Assembly (NCBI GenBank): GCA_965218425.1
Contig: OZ244621.1
Location: forward strand, 4,320,001-4,384,000
Direction: 5' to 3'
From: an uncultured Candidatus Binatia bacterium
GTDB lineage: Bacteria > Desulfobacterota > Binatia > UBA9968 > CAXXLF01
DNA: 64,000 nucleotides
Each line of letters begins with the position of its first letter. Within the stretch, counting starts at the first letter, position 1. The notes under the pieces are model-generated. The model saw only the letters and a program-made list of their open reading frames with translations. It did no database searches and was not told the DNA's origin. Shown here piece by piece: positions 59,933-64,000 of the stretch. The position numbers were made by a program, and so were the translations under genes.

Positions 59933-60247
59933 CTATTCCGATTCCAGCAGCCTGCGCCAACGTTTGTCGTCGCGAGTTCCTCGTCGTACAGCCCGGCACG
60001 TGGATTTTGCCTGATCCTGACCGAATATGGATTTAAACAGAAGCCCTTTCATCTCCGCCCTGGAGGCATGTCGGGCAAGATGGAACGGATCCTGTTGGCC
60101 CTCATGGGCATGGCAGTGGATATCGATGGCGTCTCTGACCTTGATATGCGGCGGATGGATGGCCCCTGGCTTATATTGCGTGGGCACGGCGCAGGAAGTG
60201 ACGCACCGTTTTTGGGTAGGGGGTTGAAACTTCATTTGCCATGGCAT
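59933..60247 (-). pseudogene. 5' fragment of an amidohydrolase-like (DUF6282-type) gene, ending next to the IS110
   Basis: GGAGG RBS. AIDIHCHAH...LARHAS...MKGLLFKS, then the sequence degenerates. Confidence 0.5.
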
Positions 60248-60348
60248 ACCTCCCGTTTAGGACTTCTGACTTCGCTTATATAATAGCCCTCGAACACGGT
60301 CTCTCCTAGGCGATGATCTCCCGCAAGAAATCTCAAGCTTGCCATTCT

Positions 60349-61104
60349 TCACTCACGAGCGAACGCATCCAATGCCGCCTGAAGTATCTGTCCCTGCAGG
60401 TCTATGGCGGTCAACGCGCAGTATTCCAGGCTGTATCCAGGTCTCACATCGGCCATGCCGTCTTCCAGAAGACGCTGCAAGACCTGACGCCTGAATGTCC
60501 CGTGTCCCATGCCCCCTTCGTGCTCCTTAAGGTCGGCCTCTTCGTGGAGCGAGAAATAAATCGCCTCCTCTCGACTGAGACCATAATGGACGGTAAGGTA
60601 CCCGAATAGCTCTCCAGCCCAATAGCCAAATTGCTCTTCCGTCGCCCCGGCGGCATAAAATTCCGCCATGGTGCCCTCCCATACTACGGACCGAAAATAA
60701 TCGAGCTTGGCACGAAACCCCGCAAGCATGGGAGCCAAAAAGATCTCATCCTCCGAGATGTCCAACGCCTTTGCCGTCTGCAGCACCACGTGAATATGCC
60801 CCGGCGGTTTCGGATGGACCAGTTCGTCGGCCAGCTTCTCTGCCATGGCTGACATGAGATCGCGGTGCTTGCGGAAAAATGAAATATGCTTATGGTAGGT
60901 AACTGCTTCCAGGGTATTGATTTCAATCGTATAGGAACCCCAGTTTTTAAAGAACGTACGAAAGGCAGCTTTCGGTAGAGTCCCAACCCTAAGCTGTTCC
61001 ATAAACGGCGAACTGGTAACCCTCTCTTGCCATCTCTGAGCCACCTGGTTGTAAAGGTGGTCCACATAGGCCTTTGCCTCTGCGCTTTGCATGCCTTGGG
61101 TCAT
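60349..61104 (-). CDS. Heme-oxygenase-like helical protein (PqqC/CADD/TenA; putative diiron)
   Basis: PFM..L..G.L, DE......PGH, TEE, YFSLHEEAD..H...H. Confidence 0.75.
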   Translation of the reverse strand: MTQGMQSAEAKAYVDHLYNQVAQRWQERVTSSPFMEQLRVGTLPKAAFRTFFKNWGSYTIEINTLEAVTYHKHISFFRKHRDLMSAMAEKLADELVHPKPPGHIHVVLQTAKALDISEDEIFLAPMLAGFRAKLDYFRSVVWEGTMAEFYAAGATEEQFGYWAGELFGYLTVHYGLSREEAIYFSLHEEADLKEHEGGMGHGTFRRQVLQRLLEDGMADVRPGYSLEYCALTAIDLQGQILQAALDAFARE

Positions 61105-61134
61105 TGTTTTCCCCCTATATCAATTCGGGCATAA

Positions 61135-62190
61135 TTAGAACTTCAACGTCACTTCAACTCCTCGCCTCTGACACTCCCGGACAAAGGTTTCATGGATCTC
61201 CGGATCTTGTTCCTTATAATCCACCTGAGTCCCTCCCGCGGATTCAAGTTCCAGGGTTTTGGGTAACTCCTCCACTTTATAGGTAAATCCCCAGGGTTTA
61301 AGTGCAATGTACCGGGCCGGCTCCCCACCAATGTTAAAATGCTGGTGGAACCAGTCGCCTGGTGGCACAACCAGGGAACCCGGTTGCCAGTCAACTTTTG
61401 TTCTAGGTTTGCCCCCTTCCCACATGAGGGTGTATCCCTCGCCTGATAGTATGAGAATGTGCGCCCCCGGGCCATGGCGATGCGCCCTTGGATAGGCACC
61501 TACAGGGTACTCTTCAATGTGTGCGCTGATGGTGTTGGCAGATAAATGTAGCAATATTCCCCGGGCACCCGGGCCACGAGCCGAGTGGTCCTTCAGGCGA
61601 AAGCCCGCAATATCAGGAACAAAATTGGACTCCCATGTTCGATGGCCCGCAATATCTTTTCCCTGCCCATCGAAGTAACCTTCTGCGCCATTGAACCGAT
61701 CCGTAAAGCAAAACGGGTTGTTAAAAATGAAGTCAAGGTTGCGAAAGCGACTGATCATTTGTGGTGCGTCCGTCAGCGCGACGTAACGTGCCGGTTCATC
61801 CCCCTGCACATTGAAATGTTCGTGAAAACTATTGAGGGGCGGTGAAAATAGACTTCCCTCCTGCCACTCAAAGGTCTGCTTGGGGCCGCCCTCGTTCCAG
61901 ACCGATGTCGCCCCTCGACCCTTGAGGATGTATATCAGCTCTTCATACATGTGGCGTTGGGGTTTTGTCTGACCCTTGGGCGGAATCTCACAGACATAGG
62001 CATCGCATCTGGAGCCAGCCCCTAATAGATTGATGTATGCGCCCCACGCCCCTTTACGCTTCCACAATCCTAGAGGAAGCGTCTTCAAATTCTGTACGCT
62101 TAGACCTGTGACTACCGGAATCCCCTCTCCCTCCTGCCATATTTCGTAGGGAGTCTTTCCCGCATAGGCCGCCTCTTTGACAAGATCCAT
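61135..62190 (-). CDS. Bicupin protein, gentisate 1,2-dioxygenase-like (paralog of 17134..18273)
   Basis: RHMYEE, PPLN..H.HFN, AHRHGPGAH, WFHQHFN. Confidence 0.78.
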   Translation of the reverse strand: MDLVKEAAYAGKTPYEIWQEGEGIPVVTGLSVQNLKTLPLGLWKRKGAWGAYINLLGAGSRCDAYVCEIPPKGQTKPQRHMYEELIYILKGRGATSVWNEGGPKQTFEWQEGSLFSPPLNSFHEHFNVQGDEPARYVALTDAPQMISRFRNLDFIFNNPFCFTDRFNGAEGYFDGQGKDIAGHRTWESNFVPDIAGFRLKDHSARGPGARGILLHLSANTISAHIEEYPVGAYPRAHRHGPGAHILILSGEGYTLMWEGGKPRTKVDWQPGSLVVPPGDWFHQHFNIGGEPARYIALKPWGFTYKVEELPKTLELESAGGTQVDYKEQDPEIHETFVRECQRRGVEVTLKF

Positions 62191-62402
62191 TTAGAGCTCC
62201 TGATGTCGATGTTAACCGCAAAACTATCTAAAAAGGTCAAGCCCTGTCAATGCAGACCCTGGCGGCAATTATATTTACCCGGTGCCTTTCCTTGCGTCTG
62301 GACAACACCGACGAAATAGCATAAAAGTTCCACAGGTGAATGACAAAGGGAGAGGCGTGAAAGTATGATGATGATCGCCATATTCAATGGAGGGACTAAA
62401 AA

Positions 62403-63467
62403 ATGAGCACAGCAGCACCCGCACGCGCGGCGGAATCCGTTATCGCCAAGGAGATCCTCGTTTCTGCGGACTCGCACATCACAGAGCCAAACGATTTGTG
62501 GGAAAAGGGATTACCCGCCTCCGTTAGGGACAAGGCGCCCAAATTCCCTCCCCGTAGTCAGTCCGTGGGGCAAAAGCCAGGGGGCTATGACTCCAAGGCA
62601 CGCCTCGAGGAGATGGCCGTGGATGGTGTCACCGCTGAGGTTCTTTATCCCACCCTGGGGCTTCGCCTTTACGCCATGGAGGATGCCGAGGCCCAAGAGG
62701 CGTGCTTTCGTGTTGGCAACGACTGGCTCATGGAATATTGCCAGGTGGCCCCGGAGCGTCTGGTAGGCATTCCCATGATCTCCATGTTTAACCTCGACAA
62801 CGCCATCAAAGAGCTGGAGCGTTGCAAACAAGGCGGGATGAAGGGCTGCCTCATCTGGCAGGTCCCGCCGGAGAATCTCTCGTTCGCCGGTGATTATTAC
62901 GAGCGTTTTTGGGAAGCAGCCCAAGACATGGATATGCCGGTGAACCTCCATATTCTCACGGGCTTTAATTACAGCCGTTTCCTGGGGACCCGAAAGGGTA
63001 TCGAGGCCTTCCGTGGCAGCGTCAACCTTAAACTAACAGACGCGGCCAATGCGCTGTTTGAAATTGTCTTTTCCGGCGTGCTGGAACGTTTTCCTCGTTT
63101 GAAGATCGTCCTGGTAGAAAATGAAATGGGCTGGATCCCCTTTTACCTCCATGAATGGGACAAGTACTACAAGCGTCACAGCCCTCGAAACCCGATATCT
63201 CTCACCAAGTTGCCTAGTGAGTACGTGAACAAACAGGTTTACGCGACCTTCTTTAGCGACCCCACCGGGGGACACTTGCTGGACTGGTGGGGCGCCGATA
63301 CCTGTATGTGGTCAAACGATTATCCCCACCCGGCTTCCACCTGGCCCAATTCGCGACAGGTCATTGCAGAAGAGCTAGGTCATTTGCCTCACAGTGTCCT
63401 GCGAAAGGTACTGCGGGAGAACGTGATACGCCTGTACAACCTCAAGATCCCTGGAGTCAATGCTTAA
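62403..63467 (+). CDS. Amidohydrolase-2 family protein (decarboxylase/hydratase/hydrolase type)
   Basis: SADSH..EP, VLYPT, NLH, RFPRLKIV..E...GW, WSNDYPH. Confidence 0.9.
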   Translation: MSTAAPARAAESVIAKEILVSADSHITEPNDLWEKGLPASVRDKAPKFPPRSQSVGQKPGGYDSKARLEEMAVDGVTAEVLYPTLGLRLYAMEDAEAQEACFRVGNDWLMEYCQVAPERLVGIPMISMFNLDNAIKELERCKQGGMKGCLIWQVPPENLSFAGDYYERFWEAAQDMDMPVNLHILTGFNYSRFLGTRKGIEAFRGSVNLKLTDAANALFEIVFSGVLERFPRLKIVLVENEMGWIPFYLHEWDKYYKRHSPRNPISLTKLPSEYVNKQVYATFFSDPTGGHLLDWWGADTCMWSNDYPHPASTWPNSRQVIAEELGHLPHSVLRKVLRENVIRLYNLKIPGVNA

Positions 63468-63499
63468 GCAGATTAAATAGGACTTGAAAGGAGTGACGA

Positions 63500-63961
63500 A
63501 TGGCAAAGAAGATGCAGCCCGAAATCAAGCCCAAATCAGAAGTGTTCTCGCTCAAGACACCTTACCTTTCCTCCGGCCGTATCACGAAGCTGGTATCAAA
63601 AGCAGAAGGCCTTTGGATACATTCGAAGATTAACGCGGAGGGCGGAGAAAACGCCTTGCATTGCCACACCCAGGAAGACCACGCGTTCATCGTACTCGAA
63701 GGCGAGGGAACTTTTTTTGACGAAGACGGGAACGAGACAACCCTAAAGCCTTTCCAGGGAATCATGATACCCAGGGGAGCCTATTATCGATATTTGAATA
63801 CCGGTCAAGGAAATCTGATGGTGGTGCGCGTCGGCGGAGGGCCAAAGACCGATGCGGTGGCATCTCGTATCGACCCAAACGGAAAGCCCATTCTCACCGA
63901 ATCGGAAGAAAACAAGAAAATTGAAGGAGTTCCAATTCCGGGAAAATTCTTCGGCGAGTAA
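63500..63961 (+). CDS. Monocupin protein
   Basis: GGENALHCH..EDH.F.VLEG, IPRG..Y.Y.N.G. Confidence 0.85.
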   Translation: MAKKMQPEIKPKSEVFSLKTPYLSSGRITKLVSKAEGLWIHSKINAEGGENALHCHTQEDHAFIVLEGEGTFFDEDGNETTLKPFQGIMIPRGAYYRYLNTGQGNLMVVRVGGGPKTDAVASRIDPNGKPILTESEENKKIEGVPIPGKFFGE

Positions 63962-64000
63962 CTCGTTGAAAAGAACAACCCAAAGAAATTTTATCGCGCC

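Noticed and set aside
1..64000. CRISPR array, rRNA, prophage or defence system
   Set aside because: No regularly spaced repeats and no rRNA, cas, integrase or phage genes were seen. Mut7-C alone is not evidence of a defence system.

Overview
Bacterial window, about 55% GC by eye, dominated by expanded paralog families for aromatic/heteroaromatic catabolism. It holds 8 UbiD-family (prFMN) (de)carboxylases, 6 Rieske non-heme-iron oxygenase alpha subunits (one runs off the left edge, one is a pseudogene), 2 Gfo/Idh/MocA dihydrodiol-dehydrogenase-like enzymes, 2 LigB-type extradiol dioxygenases, 3 cupins, 2 Rid-family proteins, 2 signal-peptide-less TAXI-fold proteins, ThDP enzymes, 2 luciferase-like monooxygenases and 2 CoA ligases. 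It also holds an hcrCAB-like molybdoenzyme operon coupled to a UbiD and a 49-aa Zn-ribbon protein, two tripartite tricarboxylate transporters, a radical-SAM maturase, a heme-oxygenase-like diiron protein, tRNA-Asn(GTT), an IS1182-family and an IS110-family element, and about 9 disrupted genes or remnants. The main theme is a recurring Rieske oxygenase + dehydrogenase + UbiD module, with no UbiX or Rieske reductase in the window. The gene-family profile resembles Candidatus Binatia/deltaproteobacterial MAGs, but this is inference only. All calls come from motif recognition by eye; no database searches were run.
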